DNA of 24,419 nucleotides. Origin: a virus. Its lineage: Duplodnaviria > Caudoviricetes. Of the stretch, positions 23,618 through 24,419 are shown piece by piece (the stretch's first letter is position 1; every line of letters begins with the position of its first letter). Below the pieces are notes generated by a model that worked only from the letters and a program-made list of their open reading frames with translations, was not told the DNA's origin and did no database searches. The stretch spans positions 1 to 24,419 of the IMG/VR virus record IMGVR_UViG_3300033067_001315; one strand, given 5' to 3'. Made by a program: the position numbers and the translations under genes.

Positions 23618-24037
23618 TTACTTAGGCATCACCGATGCGAGAGTGATCCCGACAGCGGCAGCGCGCCCCGCAGCGGTCACGCTCTCAGCCTTTGCGATCA
23701 AGTCGCGCACGGCTTTGGCGTCATCCGGCGAAAGCGTGCTCAGGTCGATCGAAACATTCGGCGCGATCCATGCTGAATTTAGCGAGCAAAACAGATCGAT
23801 CGGCAGCGCGGCGCGCTCCACCGAAATGCCCTGCATGGTCTTTTGAATCACGCACTGGTACGCGTAGCAAGGGGATAGCTTCATTCTCCCGTTGCGCTCC
23901 TCATCAACGCGCCCGATGAATTGGCGACCGTCAGCACTCGCGAGGATCCATCCGTCCAGCTCGCCAGCAGGCGTCGACCGATCGTCTCGCAGCGCCGGCA
24001 CCACGGTCATTGTCTGAGGCACGCGCCCCTTACTCAA
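23618..24037 (-). CDS. Hypothetical protein, possible Sm-like fold
   Basis: 139 aa; GTGA overlap; WILASADGRQFIGRV.....MKL resembles an Sm1 motif. Confidence 0.68.
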   Translation of the reverse strand: MSKGRVPQTMTVVPALRDDRSTPAGELDGWILASADGRQFIGRVDEERNGRMKLSPCYAYQCVIQKTMQGISVERAALPIDLFCSLNSAWIAPNVSIDLSTLSPDDAKAVRDLIAKAESVTAAGRAAAVGITLASVMPK

Positions 24038-24246
24038 AGCACACCCCGAGCGCCAAGCGCTTCCTGTAGAAGAGTCTTTAGCATATGCGCGCGCGTCACT
24101 CGCAGCCCGTCATGCACGGCGCTTTCTTTCACGCACTCAGCGTCAACCAACTCCACAACCTCGGTCGGGAGTACAAAGTTTCCCACCACCGTTTGCGTCG
24201 GATCCAACAGCTTACCGTTGTACTTCTGAGGCTTTTTTTCGGACAT
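24034..24246 (-). CDS. Ribbon-helix-helix DNA-binding protein
   Basis: Strand VVGNFVLP, helix EVVELVDAEC, then TRAHMLKTLLQEAL; first gene of the operon. Confidence 0.7.
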   Translation of the reverse strand: MSEKKPQKYNGKLLDPTQTVVGNFVLPTEVVELVDAECVKESAVHDGLRVTRAHMLKTLLQEALGARGVL

Positions 24247-24419
24247 GCTCTATCACTATCACAACGCAATAACATGTCAATACAAAAGCAAATTGGCTAT
24301 TTGCGAAAGCCATGGCCCCCAATAAATCGACATGCGCAAGTAAGATTGACAACATGTCAAAAGCTTTTCGTGCTACGGTGCGCGCCCTGTAAAAACAGGC
24401 CCAAAACAAAGTCAATAAG
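24247..24419. promoter_or_regulatory. AT-rich control region with probable divergent promoters and operator repeats
   Basis: AACATGTCAA at 24271 and 24351; palindrome TTGACA-ACA-TGTCAA at 24346-24360; minus-strand TTGACA 28 nt before ATG 24246; plus-strand TGCTACGGT at 24371. Confidence 0.6.

Larger units (their letters stand above)
1..24419 (-). mobile_element. Tailed phage/prophage segment with Mu-like head and contractile tail
   Basis: Continuous co-oriented series: terminase, portal, protease, capsid, neck, sheath, tube, chaperone, tape measure, plus phage replication and recombination genes. No host housekeeping genes or att/integrase seen. Confidence 0.97.

Noticed and set aside
24212-24415. 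67-aa minus-strand ORF across the control region
   Set aside because: Overlaps promoter/operator repeats, atypical composition, weak start.
1-24419. Stop-codon reassignment, DGR, CRISPR, tRNA, intron or intein
   Set aside because: Genes tile fully in the standard code with normal lengths; no reverse transcriptase, spacer array, cloverleaf or splicing motifs seen.
1-24419. Specific host assignment
   Set aside because: GC content and CGATCG bias are suggestive only; no host gene or att site in the window.

Overview
This 24.4-kb window is an internal segment of a GC-rich tailed phage or prophage with a contractile tail. Every credible gene lies on the minus strand, and most are translationally coupled by ATGA/GTGA/TGATG overlaps. 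Read right to left, it holds: (1) an AT-rich control region and an RHH regulator; (2) a replication block (SF2 helicase, HNH protein, small Cys-rich proteins, VRR-NUC nuclease, and a P-loop helicase-like ATPase with no primase domain); (3) a ~470-bp non-coding region with iteron-like inverted repeats and G-runs; (4) a recombination/accessory block (RecE-like exonuclease, Sak4-like ATPase, a protein with a Tad2/DUF2829-like N-terminus, many small unknowns); (5) a virion block (TerL, DUF935 portal, S49 protease/scaffold, cement protein, Mu gpT-like capsid, Mu gp36/gpG-like neck, DUF2586-type sheath, tube, frameshifting tail chaperone, start of the tape measure). I found no tRNA, CRISPR array, integrase or transposase. 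I cannot demonstrate a wholly new system. The best leads are an attenuator-like leader before the helicase, a recurring leaderless promoter architecture, a possible displaced TerS, a divergent anti-defence sponge fusion, an Sm-like protein and strong CGATCG enrichment. Family assignments come from motifs recognised by eye, not from database searches.
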